A stretch of 64,000 nucleotides of DNA, taken from a virus. The stretch lies in the IMG/VR virus record IMGVR_UViG_3300029314_000002, positions 5,460 through 69,459 of that record, one strand, 5' to 3'. Made by a program: the position numbers and the translations under genes. How positions within the stretch are numbered: position 1 is the stretch's first letter; the number at the start of each line of letters is the position of its first letter. This document shows positions 48,715-58,435 of the stretch, piece after piece. The notes under the pieces were generated by a model that saw only the letters and a program-made list of their open reading frames with translations, made no database searches and was not told where the DNA came from.

Positions 48715-50343
48715 ATGGCACGGACAATCACAGGAACGATCAAGAAGCCGGGCGGTAATGTGGTGTGGCCCAGCGTCGAGGTACGTTTCACTCTGGTGGA
48801 TGTGTTTTTCGCCACGACGACGGCAACGTATCCGAAAAATGCGCTGGCGGTGACGACGGACGGCAGCGGTGCTTTTTCGGTGACGCTGGCGACGCCGGAC
48901 ACGGGGACGGTGCGCTATCGGTGCGATCTGCCGGACGGCGAGAGCTTCGAGTTCGATTTGGCCACCGGTTCGTCAGAGACTTTGCAGGCGATTATTGCGG
49001 CGGGTGTTTTCCCGCCGGCAACCGCGCCGGCGGTGTATCTGCGCGAGAACGGAGCGGTGGCGGGTGCGACGAGTACGCCGCAGGACTTTGGCACGCACGG
49101 GATCAAGGCGGATGTGATTGCGGAATCGTCGAGCGGTCTGGGCGTGACGATTGACGGGGTGCCGGTGAAGGATGGCCTGGTCGCGCGCACGGGCATTCCC
49201 TGGGGCAAGAATACCCTGGTGGTGGATGCCAAGAGCCAGGGCAGCTACAGTACGCTGAGTGCGGCGCTGGCGGCGATCACCGATGCGAGCGCGTCGAATC
49301 CGTACACGATCATCGTGGTGGGCTACGTGGCCGAGGTGGCGACGGTGACGGCGAAGTCGTATGTGAGTGTCCACGGGTTGGCCGGTGCGCAATTGCGGGT
49401 GACGAACAGCGCGCCGGGGCCGGCTGTGTCGTTCACGAGTGTGGTGGATACCGTGTGGAGCGATCTGAAGGTCAGTAATCTGGGCGCGAATGCGACGGTT
49501 GGGATCAACCTGGTTACGACTGACGACACGGTGGAGTTGAAGGACCTCGTTGCGGAGACGGACGGCGCGTACGATGCGGTCAAGTTGACGAGCGGTACGA
49601 TTACGACGAAGAATGTGACGGCTGTGAAAAGTACGGCTGATGCGGTGGGGAACGATCCGGGGAAATACTTCAACTGGATCGGCGGCGGATACCGCAACAA
49701 GATCGAGGACGGCGGCCAGACGTATGCGGCGGTCATTGTGGGCGGGTACGAGAATGAGATTGACCCGGGGCCGGGCGCGGCGATTGTGGGCGGCATTCAG
49801 AACGTTGTGAGCGCAAGTCATGCTGTGATTCTGGGCGGCTCGAACAGCATTGCCGACGGGGACGGCAGTGTGGTGTTGGGTGGGCAGACGGCAAAAACCA
49901 CGATGCCGGGCGAGGTGGCCCAGGCTTATGGGCGATTCCAGACGGCCGAGACGGGCGGTGCGCAGACTATGTCGGTGGTGATGCACAATACGACTACCAA
50001 CGCCACGCCGGGATACATGTCTATTCTGGGCTACGGTCAGCCGGGTCTGCCTGTGCCGGCAGATACGGTGTGGACGTTTTCGATCAAGGTTTCGGTGCTT
50101 GGACAGGGGGCGGTGGTGGCCGGCGGGTATACGTTCGACGGCTGCATCAAGAACGCCTCTGGTGCGGTGACGTTGGTGAGTACGCCCATCAAGACGGCGT
50201 GGGAGTCCGACGCGGGGCTGGATGCGGATGCGGAGGCCAACGATACGACGAATTGCCTGGACGTGAAGATCACAGGCCTGGCGGCGACAAACTTGCGTTG
50301 GGTGGCGTTTGTGCGTCTGGTGCAGGCGACATTCCCGGCGTAG
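48715..50343 (+). CDS. Beta-helix / YadA-head-like repeat fibre protein
   Basis: VIVGGYENEI..AIVGGIQNVVSASHAVILGGSNSIADGDGSVVLGG. Confidence 0.65.
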   Translation: MARTITGTIKKPGGNVVWPSVEVRFTLVDVFFATTTATYPKNALAVTTDGSGAFSVTLATPDTGTVRYRCDLPDGESFEFDLATGSSETLQAIIAAGVFPPATAPAVYLRENGAVAGATSTPQDFGTHGIKADVIAESSSGLGVTIDGVPVKDGLVARTGIPWGKNTLVVDAKSQGSYSTLSAALAAITDASASNPYTIIVVGYVAEVATVTAKSYVSVHGLAGAQLRVTNSAPGPAVSFTSVVDTVWSDLKVSNLGANATVGINLVTTDDTVELKDLVAETDGAYDAVKLTSGTITTKNVTAVKSTADAVGNDPGKYFNWIGGGYRNKIEDGGQTYAAVIVGGYENEIDPGPGAAIVGGIQNVVSASHAVILGGSNSIADGDGSVVLGGQTAKTTMPGEVAQAYGRFQTAETGGAQTMSVVMHNTTTNATPGYMSILGYGQPGLPVPADTVWTFSIKVSVLGQGAVVAGGYTFDGCIKNASGAVTLVSTPIKTAWESDAGLDADAEANDTTNCLDVKITGLAATNLRWVAFVRLVQATFPA

Positions 50344-50356
50344 GGGGGGGGGCTGC

Positions 50357-51010
50357 ATGACACGTAAGACAGCACAGGAGGCGCCGGCAGTGCTGACGAC
50401 GCCAGTTGAGCCTTCGATGGCGCGTTTGCTGGAGGGGAATGGGCTGCGGTTTGTGGTGAATGGGCAGACGTTTGTGATTCGCCAGCCGTTGCCGGCGGAG
50501 TATGACGAGGCGATGGAGGATCAGCGCATCGCCAAGGTGTGCGCGCTGGCGGATCCACGACTGAAGGGGCTGGATAAAGTGCCGGTGACGCCGGAACGCC
50601 AGGCGATGTACGCAGAACTGATCGAGACGGCCAGGGCCGCGCTGGCGACGGCCGGCGGGCTGGAGAAGAAGGCGCTGCAGGAGCGGATTGCCAGTTATGA
50701 GCGCCAGCGCGACCGGGATCATGCGGCCAACGAGCTATCCGACATTCAGGCTGCGCTGGTGCGAGATCGCAAGCTGACGTTTTTCCTGCTGTGCGACGAG
50801 GAGGGCCGTTCGCTGATGGTGGACGCGGCCCGGCTGGCGAAGGCGCCGCACGCGCGTCCTGACCCGAACGATCCGGGAGATGTGCAGCGCTTCCAGGGGG
50901 TCCCGATTCCGATCCTGGAGGGTGCGCGGGCGACGATCTGGCTGATGCTGCGTTTGGTTGAAAATCTCCCTTTCGACTCGGCTCGGCGGTTCGCACCCAG
51001 TTCAGATTAG
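50357..51010 (+). CDS. Tail assembly chaperone (G-like)
   Basis: Position before the tape measure; start MTRKTAQE. Confidence 0.65.
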   Translation: MTRKTAQEAPAVLTTPVEPSMARLLEGNGLRFVVNGQTFVIRQPLPAEYDEAMEDQRIAKVCALADPRLKGLDKVPVTPERQAMYAELIETARAALATAGGLEKKALQERIASYERQRDRDHAANELSDIQAALVRDRKLTFFLLCDEEGRSLMVDAARLAKAPHARPDPNDPGDVQRFQGVPIPILEGARATIWLMLRLVENLPFDSARRFAPSSD

Positions 51011-51234
51011 CTGAACGGTGGGGGATGTGGCCGTTTGCGGCCGGGCCGGCCGAGCTGACGATCTTCCAGGCGCTGGCGCTGGTGGAGGCGCTGAGCGAAC
51101 AACCGAAGCCGGCGCAGGAATCCACCCCAGCGCCGAGACTGAGCCGGGCTGAGCTGGTCAAGTTGGCCAGGCAACAGGACCCCGGCGTGAAGTTGGCCTG
51201 GGGTGATCCGACTGGCACTGAGGCTGAGAATTGA
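50357..51234 (+). CDS. GT-like frameshift fusion chaperone (-1 shift at 50968..50974)
   Basis: No stop in the -1 frame between the slip site and 51234. Confidence 0.55.
50968..50974 (+). other. -1 programmed frameshift slippery heptamer C CCT TTC
   Basis: X XXY YYZ in the zero frame; the -1 frame is open into ORF 51025..51234. Confidence 0.6.
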
Positions 51235-51237
51235 ACG

Positions 51238-54200
51238 ATGCCACACAATCTGGCCGGACAAATTATCCTTGAAGATATGTTCAGTGCTCCGCTCTCCAGC
51301 CTCGCGCGCTTATCGCAGCAGGCTGAGGCTGCTCTGCGCCAGATGGGTGGCACGGTGGATACCGCAGCCGGCACCGCAGCGAACAAAATCCAAAACCTGG
51401 AAGCCTCGTTAGACGCTCTGAAGCAAAAAGCTCAATCTGGCGGCACCATGTCGGTGCTGGATGTGAATCAATTCCGCACGATGAGTGCGGAATTGACGCG
51501 TCTACAGAAGACCATGGAAGCGGCCACGACGGTGAAGGTGGACGTGGCCCAGGTGACTTCGGCGCGGGAGCGGGTGAGGGAGCTGGAGCAGCAGATTGAT
51601 GCCCTGCGTGCGAAAGGGCAGACGGGCGCGGGGCTGAGCGTGGCGGACGTGGGCCAGTTCCGCACGATGAGTGCGGAGTTGGAGCGGCTGAAGAAGAGTC
51701 TGGAAGCGGCCACGACGGTCAAGGTGGACACGGCCCAGGTCACGTCGGCGCGGCAGCGGTTGAAAGAGCTGGAACAGCAGCTGGATGTGTTGCGTAAGAA
51801 GGCGCTGAGCGGTGCGGGGTTGAGTGTGGCGGATGTGAGTCAGTTCCGCAAGTTGACCGGCGAGGCGAAGAATTTGAAGGCCGGCCTTGATGAGGCGGCT
51901 GGCGCCAGTGAGAATTTGGTGCAACGGTTGGCGGAGGCGGCAGGCATCAATCTGGGCCCGTTGGCCGGTGGGTTGACGGCGGCGGCGGCGGCTTTTGCGG
52001 CGATGAAGGTCGCGCAGGAGGCTGTTGAGCTGTACAAGCTGGGTGCGCAGGCTGCACGCATGGAAACATCGTTTCGCACGATGGCGACTAGTGTGGGGGC
52101 GTCAGCCGATGGAATGTTGACGGCGCTGCGGCGGGCGTCGCACGGTACGATTTCGGATATGGAGCTGATGCTGGCAGCGAACCGGACGATGATGCTGGGG
52201 GTGACGACGGATGCGACTACGATGGCGCGGTTGTTGGAGGTGGCGATTGCGCGCGGCCAGGCGGTGGGGCGTTCACCGTTGGAGGCGTTCAACGATATTG
52301 CGTTGGGCATCGGTCGCGTGTCAGGGCCAATTCTGGACAATCTCGGCATTATGACGGGTGGCGAGCGGGCTTTTGCGGTGTATGCGGAGAGTATTGGGAA
52401 GACGGCGGCCGAGCTGACGGACGTGGAGAAGCGCCAGTTCCTGGTGAATAAGGTGTTGGCGGATACGACGCCATTGGTCGAGGATGCGCAGATGCGGGTC
52501 GAACGCCTGGGTACGGCGTGGGGGACGTTGCGGGAGGCGATGGGCAAAAGCTTGGTGGCATCGTTCGAGATGCCGGATGTGTCGCGGTTTATGAGTAATG
52601 CGGCTGAGGTGATCAATGCGACCACGCGCATTGATGAGGCGCTGAAGGCGTTGGATGCGCGCGCCAGTGTGCCGTTGCCATTTTCACCTGGGTTGGACGG
52701 TGCCAGTGGGTTGACGGCCTATGCGCAGTACCGATCGGCGGTGGAAAGTCTGCCCGCCGGGACGAAAGACCTGATTCGGGAGAAGATGCGGCTGGATGAG
52801 CAATTTAGCCAGACGGGCGATCTGGAGGTTTACAGCCGGGGTATCCAGAATCTGGAGGTGCTGATCGGCATTCTGCAAAGGCAGATGGCCGGGGGGTTGG
52901 ATGTTGGTGCGCAGGCGGGTGCGGCGGATTTGTCGGCGTTCAGCGAGTTGGAGGCGCAGGCGGCGACGCAGGCGCTTAGGCTGGCGGCTGGAGTTGACCA
53001 GGTGGCGCAGGCGATTCAGGTGCTGGAACCCAGTTTGGCGGGCAGTCAATTGCAGACGAGGCTGACGGCCATCGGCACGGCGGTGGAAACGGCAGTGGCG
53101 CAGGTGCGGTCGGCGCTGATGGGGGCGGCCGGCGGTTTGGGTGGGGAGCAGGCGGCGGCCCTGTTCGATCAGCAGGAGCAGGCGGTCAGGCGTTATGCGG
53201 CGGGGCTGGAGCAGGCGGGGATTAGTGGGAATACGGCGGCGTTTTTGCTGGCGGCGTTTACGCAGAAGTTAATTGAGGGCAACCGTGAGATGCGCGATGG
53301 GAAGGCGGTTGCGGATGATTTGGCGCTGGCGCTGGCTGGGATTGGGAATGCGGCGCGGGGAGCGGCAAAAGCGAGTGCGCTGAACCTGGTGGGGGTGCTG
53401 GGGGACGCGGGGGCGTTGAAGGCTTTCCGGGATCGCGCGGCAGCGATTGAAAATTATGTGCGCCTGGCTCATACGATGGGTAAGAGCAATGAGCAGATTG
53501 AGTTTGGGTTGCGCCAGTTGGAGGATTCCTGGAGGGCGTATGACGGGGGGATTCAGAAGGCGGCAACGGCGGACGAGCGGAAGATTGCGTCGACGCGCGC
53601 GCTAGGAAACGCGCTGACGGGTCTGGACAGTAAGATTCGGACGGCGTTGTCGTTTGGGCTGGAGGTGACTCCGGGCGATATGTTTGCCACGAACGCCGGC
53701 GCGTATCAGGATAGTGCGTTGGAATCGGCGCGACGGTTGAACGCGATTGCTGAGCGCGGATTCTCAGAGCTTGGGATTCACCCGGACTGGGCCGGCCTAT
53801 TGAAAATTCCGCCGGAGGTGCTGAGTGGGTCGGAAGAGCAACTGCGGGCCTGGGCGTCCAGCACATCCGCCTCGGTGCAGGACCTGTCACGGCCCGATCT
53901 GATCAACTGGGATGCGTTCATTGCCAACTTCCAATCCCAGTTGGATAAGGAGCAGGCGCAGAAGTTGACGCTGGATATTGCGGTCAACAAGCTGGATGAG
54001 GCGGGCTTGCTGGCGGGTTTGGGTGGGGATGAGCAGGGGCGGCGCGACAAGGTGGCGGAGGCGTTGGGGTTGAAGGCGCCGAAGATCACGATGGAGGCCC
54101 TGCTCGAAGCGGATAAGAACGCGGGGGCGAATTTCCTAAGTGAGGTGTATCCGCCCAGCGGGGTGGCGATGGTGCCGGCGACGTTGACGCCGGCAAGTGC

Positions 54201-54531
54201 GACGTTGACGCCGGTGCCGTTGACGGCGCCGGGGACGACGATGGCGGGGGGGGCGCTGGCGGGGTCACTGTATGCAGGGTTTACGGAGACGCTGGCAGGG
54301 CAGGATGTGGGGATGGCGGTGGTTACGGCGTGGAGTACGAGCCTGACGGCGAAGAAGAGCCTGGAGGGTTTTGGGACGATTGGGACGACGCTGGGGACGA
54401 CGGTGGCGGGGGCGTTTGTGCTTGCGATGAAGGACGGGGTAGGCAATGTGCGCCGGGACATTGCATCCATCATTGCGCCTGAGGTGGCGAAGATCCTGGC
54501 CAGCCAGCAGCCGAGGACGAATCTACCATGA
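51238..54531 (+). CDS. Tape measure protein
   Basis: 1097 aa, helical A/L/E-rich, internal ~57-aa repeats. Confidence 0.9.
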   Translation: MPHNLAGQIILEDMFSAPLSSLARLSQQAEAALRQMGGTVDTAAGTAANKIQNLEASLDALKQKAQSGGTMSVLDVNQFRTMSAELTRLQKTMEAATTVKVDVAQVTSARERVRELEQQIDALRAKGQTGAGLSVADVGQFRTMSAELERLKKSLEAATTVKVDTAQVTSARQRLKELEQQLDVLRKKALSGAGLSVADVSQFRKLTGEAKNLKAGLDEAAGASENLVQRLAEAAGINLGPLAGGLTAAAAAFAAMKVAQEAVELYKLGAQAARMETSFRTMATSVGASADGMLTALRRASHGTISDMELMLAANRTMMLGVTTDATTMARLLEVAIARGQAVGRSPLEAFNDIALGIGRVSGPILDNLGIMTGGERAFAVYAESIGKTAAELTDVEKRQFLVNKVLADTTPLVEDAQMRVERLGTAWGTLREAMGKSLVASFEMPDVSRFMSNAAEVINATTRIDEALKALDARASVPLPFSPGLDGASGLTAYAQYRSAVESLPAGTKDLIREKMRLDEQFSQTGDLEVYSRGIQNLEVLIGILQRQMAGGLDVGAQAGAADLSAFSELEAQAATQALRLAAGVDQVAQAIQVLEPSLAGSQLQTRLTAIGTAVETAVAQVRSALMGAAGGLGGEQAAALFDQQEQAVRRYAAGLEQAGISGNTAAFLLAAFTQKLIEGNREMRDGKAVADDLALALAGIGNAARGAAKASALNLVGVLGDAGALKAFRDRAAAIENYVRLAHTMGKSNEQIEFGLRQLEDSWRAYDGGIQKAATADERKIASTRALGNALTGLDSKIRTALSFGLEVTPGDMFATNAGAYQDSALESARRLNAIAERGFSELGIHPDWAGLLKIPPEVLSGSEEQLRAWASSTSASVQDLSRPDLINWDAFIANFQSQLDKEQAQKLTLDIAVNKLDEAGLLAGLGGDEQGRRDKVAEALGLKAPKITMEALLEADKNAGANFLSEVYPPSGVAMVPATLTPASATLTPVPLTAPGTTMAGGALAGSLYAGFTETLAGQDVGMAVVTAWSTSLTAKKSLEGFGTIGTTLGTTVAGAFVLAMKDGVGNVRRDIASIIAPEVAKILASQQPRTNLP

Positions 54532-54884
54532 CGACGGAGCTGCGCTGGGGAGACCTGCTGCTACCATTGCCGGACAAGGACGGGATCAAGGTGACGCGTG
54601 CGGTCATTGGCAGCAAGCGGCGTAAGAAAGATGGCGCGCTCGTCGGCAATTACGTCGGCATGAAGCGAACCACGTCGGTGACGTGGACGGCGCTGTCGGC
54701 GGGCGAGCGCACGCTGCTCTATGATGCGCTCGACCACAATGGCACGGCGGTCTGCCGGCTGGATTTGCCGGACGGGCAGACGCTGATGGCGGCGAGCAAT
54801 CTGGACGACATCGAGGAAGATCAGTGGTTCGATGTGAACGATGCTCCGTATTACGATGTGACGGTGGTGTGGGAGGAAGCGTAG
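54528..54884 (+). CDS. Minor/distal tail protein candidate
   Basis: ATGA overlap with the TMP stop. Confidence 0.55.
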   Translation: MTTELRWGDLLLPLPDKDGIKVTRAVIGSKRRKKDGALVGNYVGMKRTTSVTWTALSAGERTLLYDALDHNGTAVCRLDLPDGQTLMAASNLDDIEEDQWFDVNDAPYYDVTVVWEEA

Positions 54885-54887
54885 AGT

Positions 54888-54965
54888 TAGTGCAAAGTGC
54901 AGAGTGCAGAGTGCAAAGGGCAAAGGGCAGAGTGCAGAGTACAGAGTGCAAAGGGCAAAGTGCAT
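54888..54965 (+). repeat. Heptamer array AGTGCAR/AGGGCAA, about 11 units
   Basis: Same family as 43630..43762. Confidence 0.9.
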
Positions 54966-54994
54966 CTGGGGGTGCGATTGCGGAAAGGAGTGAG

Positions 54995-55201
54995 ATGCGT
55001 GAGGTGTTGGCGAGGTGGACGGTGAGGCGGGCGATCAGGCTGCTGGTGTGGGCGCTGAAGGCGTTCGATTATGAGTTGGGCGAGATGCGCGCGGCGGATG
55101 ATTTGAGGTTGGCTGTGCGGATTCTGGAGAAGGCGCTGAAACGACCTATGCTGATCGGGCAGCGGCGGGCCATTGAGAGTGCAATCGGTTCAGGGGAATA
55201 G
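54995..55201 (+). CDS. Small hypothetical protein
   Basis: AAAGGAG RBS; MREVLARW. Confidence 0.4.
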   Translation: MREVLARWTVRRAIRLLVWALKAFDYELGEMRAADDLRLAVRILEKALKRPMLIGQRRAIESAIGSGE

Positions 55202-55202
55202 C

Positions 55203-55338
55203 GGGAGTGGGCTGCGGGTCTCGCTGTGGATTTGTGCGGTGACGAGTGTCCAGTCGGTAGGGGCAAGGGCGGGAATGGGCTGCGGGTCTCGCTGTGGATT
55301 TGTGCGGTGACGAGTGTCCAGTCGGTAGGGGCAAGGGC
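55203..55338 (+). repeat. Near-perfect 68-bp tandem duplication
   Basis: tgggctgcgggtctcgctgtggatttgtgcggtgacgagtgtccagtcggtaggggcaagggcg x2, ending 3 nt before ATG 55342. Confidence 0.9.
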
Positions 55339-55341
55339 GAT

Positions 55342-56847
55342 ATGCAGACGGTGAGCCAGGGATTTACAGATGCGTGCCGGGCGGCGGTGCGCACGCCGGC
55401 GGTGAAACTTGAGGTGCGGTGGGATGGCGCGACCTGGGTGGATGAGTCGGTGAATCTTGAATTGTTCGAGGTGCGCATGAAGATCAACGCGCCATCGGTA
55501 GAGCTGGTGCCTCCGGGCGAGGTGGGCCAGGCGACGGTGAAGCTGGACAATGGCAGCGGTCGCTACAGTGTGCGGCGGGTGGATAGCCCGCTGTATGCGC
55601 TGATCGGCGGGGCCGGCCAGATGACGGGAATTGCGGCCAGGATCGCCGCCGGGTTTGTGGTGGACGGCCAGGCCGAGCTTGTGACGATCTTCAGCGGCGT
55701 GATCTACAAGCACGCGCCAGACACGACGGCCAGGCAGGTGACGCTTGATATGCGTGACTGGGGATGGGCGTATGGGCAGGGGAAAAGCTCGACCACGCTG
55801 GCGACCGATATTTTTGTGGATGAGTGGATTCGCCAAAACGCCATTGACGCCGGGATCGCTGAGGAAGACCTGGTGCTCGACCCCTCGGCGACGCTGCTGC
55901 GCTATGCCTGGCGGTTCGACGAAGATGTGATGAGCGAGATTTGGGATGCGGCCAGCGGTGCGGCCGGCCGCGTGTATTGGGACGGCCAGGGCAAGCTGCA
56001 CTACGAGGAGCCAACGCACTGGGCGCTGCCGGCGCACCAGGTCGTGGTGTGGGATGTGAGCGAATCCCGCTACGATAACGATGAGCCTGACGCCTCACCG
56101 GATGACCTGGCAACGAAGATCAAGGTGGAATGGGCCGGCCGCGCGGCTGAGCCGGTTGATGTGATCTACGACCTGAAGGCGCGCAAGGTGGTGATGCCGG
56201 GGAGGACGATTGAGTTCGAGGCGACGTTCGACGATCCGGTGCTGAGCCTGGTGGAGCCGGTGAAGAAGACGGACTACGAAGCGTTTTCGGCGGGCGGTGA
56301 TCGGTTGACCGATAGTGTGCTGGTGTCGCTGCCAGTGCTGAAGAAGATGGCACAGAAGGCAACGGTGCGCATCACCAACAACCACACGACAAAGGCGGCC
56401 GTAATCGAGTTTTTGCAACTGCGCGGGATGCCAGTGCGTGGCCGCCCACAGGAGCACGTGTTGGTGGACGTATTGCCGGCGCCGCTGGCCTTCGAGCGCA
56501 TCCGCACGGCGCCCAGATCGGTGTACTACCAGGAGGAGGCGCAGGCGCTGGGGGTGGCCCAGGCGCTGGCAATCAAGTGCCGGCAACTACGCAGCACGTG
56601 GACGCTGACTGGGGTGGAAGGTGTGCCGCATCTGGAACTAGGCGATCTCATCACGTGGCAGGATCGGCACGAGGTGACAGGCGAGACGGTGGCCGGGTTC
56701 CTGATCGGGTCCAAGCTGACGTGGGATCCAAGCGCCGGCTTCTTGCAGGAGTTGACGGCGGTCGAGTCGGCGAACTGGTTTGAGTACAGTGATTGGTATG
56801 TGATTGGGGAGACGGCGCTGGGGGGACATGGGCGGATGTGGTGGTAG
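55342..56847 (+). CDS. Tail/baseplate protein
   Basis: 501 aa after the TMP region. Confidence 0.65.
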   Translation: MQTVSQGFTDACRAAVRTPAVKLEVRWDGATWVDESVNLELFEVRMKINAPSVELVPPGEVGQATVKLDNGSGRYSVRRVDSPLYALIGGAGQMTGIAARIAAGFVVDGQAELVTIFSGVIYKHAPDTTARQVTLDMRDWGWAYGQGKSSTTLATDIFVDEWIRQNAIDAGIAEEDLVLDPSATLLRYAWRFDEDVMSEIWDAASGAAGRVYWDGQGKLHYEEPTHWALPAHQVVVWDVSESRYDNDEPDASPDDLATKIKVEWAGRAAEPVDVIYDLKARKVVMPGRTIEFEATFDDPVLSLVEPVKKTDYEAFSAGGDRLTDSVLVSLPVLKKMAQKATVRITNNHTTKAAVIEFLQLRGMPVRGRPQEHVLVDVLPAPLAFERIRTAPRSVYYQEEAQALGVAQALAIKCRQLRSTWTLTGVEGVPHLELGDLITWQDRHEVTGETVAGFLIGSKLTWDPSAGFLQELTAVESANWFEYSDWYVIGETALGGHGRMWW

Positions 56848-56993
56848 TGAGGAAGTGAGGAAGTGCAAAGTGCAAAGTGCATAGTACAAAGCAATCGGTG
56901 CAGGCTCCTGATTTAATGCCGCTACTGGTTGCCCATGCAGGCGCAACGCACCCTCAGATACATTTTGTACTTTGTACTTTGCGTTTTGCACTA
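56847..56993. repeat. Inverted pair of GTGCAAA-family arrays around a ~70-nt spacer
   Basis: gaagtgcaaagtgcaaagtgcatagtacaaag ... ttttgtactttgtactttgcgttttgcac. Confidence 0.8.
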
Positions 56994-57007
56994 ACAGCGA
57001 GGTCTGA

Positions 57008-58432
57008 TTGAGCTACTTCGAGGGTGTGCCGAGGTTTGTGCAGGGGCAGGTGATGAGTGCGGGCGGGCATTTGAGCCGGCTGGCGCGACAGTTGCAGTTG
57101 CTGTTCGATGACCGCACGGGCTTGCAGCGCACGTTCACCGGCAACGCCTGGATGGACAACCGCACTTGGTCATACGAGTGGACGGGAATGATCCGGCACA
57201 GCGGGAACGAGCTGGCCTGGGAGATCGAACTGTGGAACGGGGACTGCCAGATCAAGATCAACGACCAGGTGGTGCCCGATACGCTGTGTACGAACGCAAC
57301 CTCCACGCCGCAAGCGTTCAGTGGGGTGGCGAACGTGGGAAGCCTGGGGCTGACGGAAGGGCAGTTTTACGCAGTCAGGGTCTATTCGCCGGGCGGCAAC
57401 GGGCGGATGCGCACCTGGCTGCTGCGAGAGGAAGGGACGCCCTTTGGCGCGGCGCTGGCGACGTTCGAGGACGAAACGACGCCGGCGGTGGAGGACTGGG
57501 AGGCGCTGACTGACCTGGTGACGATGCTGCAGGAGCAGGCGACGCACGCGCGGGGTCTGGTGACGGGGAGCGGCACAGGGCCGCAGCCAGGCGCCGCGGT
57601 GACGGACCCGGACGGATACGAGCTATCGCCCTATGCCTGGAACGGATCGTTCTGGTACGTGGGCAGCGGGCTGCTGTACTACCGGGTGAAGGTGATTGCC
57701 CCGTACAACCGGCGGGATCCGGATGACCTGGGGGACAATCCAACCAACCGCTGGACGCACGCCGACATCTACGTGGGCGACGTGGGGGATGCGGACACCC
57801 CGCTGCTGCGACTGCGGTCGGGGAGCACGATCACGCCGGTGCCAGGGGGCTGGCCGCCGACGGTGCAGCACAACGGCGGGCGGGCCGGGTTGGATCACGT
57901 CTTCACGGGCACGATTGACCTGGCCGGCCTGGGGCTGACGGCGTACACCGATGTGCGCATCCGGGTGCGAGTGACCACGAGCACGTACTGGGATGACTTA
58001 CACGATGCGCTGGCGGAGCAGTTTTCAGTGCTGCCGGCCGCCACGCCGACATTGCCTGATTGGGTGGGCCTGTCGGAGTTCGTTTACCCGAACTTTGTTC
58101 GAGGCGACAGCGGAACGGCGAAGGTGAAGACGCTGCGGGATGATGCGCTTGTGCTGGTGGCCGCGGGGCAGCGGTTGAACTATCCATGTGCGACGGGCCG
58201 GCTGGGTAGCGGACAGTGGGCGCTGCGGAGGGCGCGCTACTTGCACTATCGCAACGAGGAGGGGAAGACGCCGAAGATCAAGTACACGACCAACGGCGCA
58301 CAGGAGACCACCCTGACCGATGCGAAAGACGGGAAAAAGGTGCATGACCTGGGAACGATCCGCAACCTGTGGCCGGGGATGGAATACGAATTGACCGATG
58401 CGCTGTGGGGCATAGAGGATGAGGAGCCGTAG
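57008..58432 (+). CDS. Tail protein (hypothetical)
   Basis: 474-aa ORF, TTG start in track; an internal ATG start is possible. Confidence 0.6.
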   Translation: MSYFEGVPRFVQGQVMSAGGHLSRLARQLQLLFDDRTGLQRTFTGNAWMDNRTWSYEWTGMIRHSGNELAWEIELWNGDCQIKINDQVVPDTLCTNATSTPQAFSGVANVGSLGLTEGQFYAVRVYSPGGNGRMRTWLLREEGTPFGAALATFEDETTPAVEDWEALTDLVTMLQEQATHARGLVTGSGTGPQPGAAVTDPDGYELSPYAWNGSFWYVGSGLLYYRVKVIAPYNRRDPDDLGDNPTNRWTHADIYVGDVGDADTPLLRLRSGSTITPVPGGWPPTVQHNGGRAGLDHVFTGTIDLAGLGLTAYTDVRIRVRVTTSTYWDDLHDALAEQFSVLPAATPTLPDWVGLSEFVYPNFVRGDSGTAKVKTLRDDALVLVAAGQRLNYPCATGRLGSGQWALRRARYLHYRNEEGKTPKIKYTTNGAQETTLTDAKDGKKVHDLGTIRNLWPGMEYELTDALWGIEDEEP

Positions 58433-58435
58433 GCT

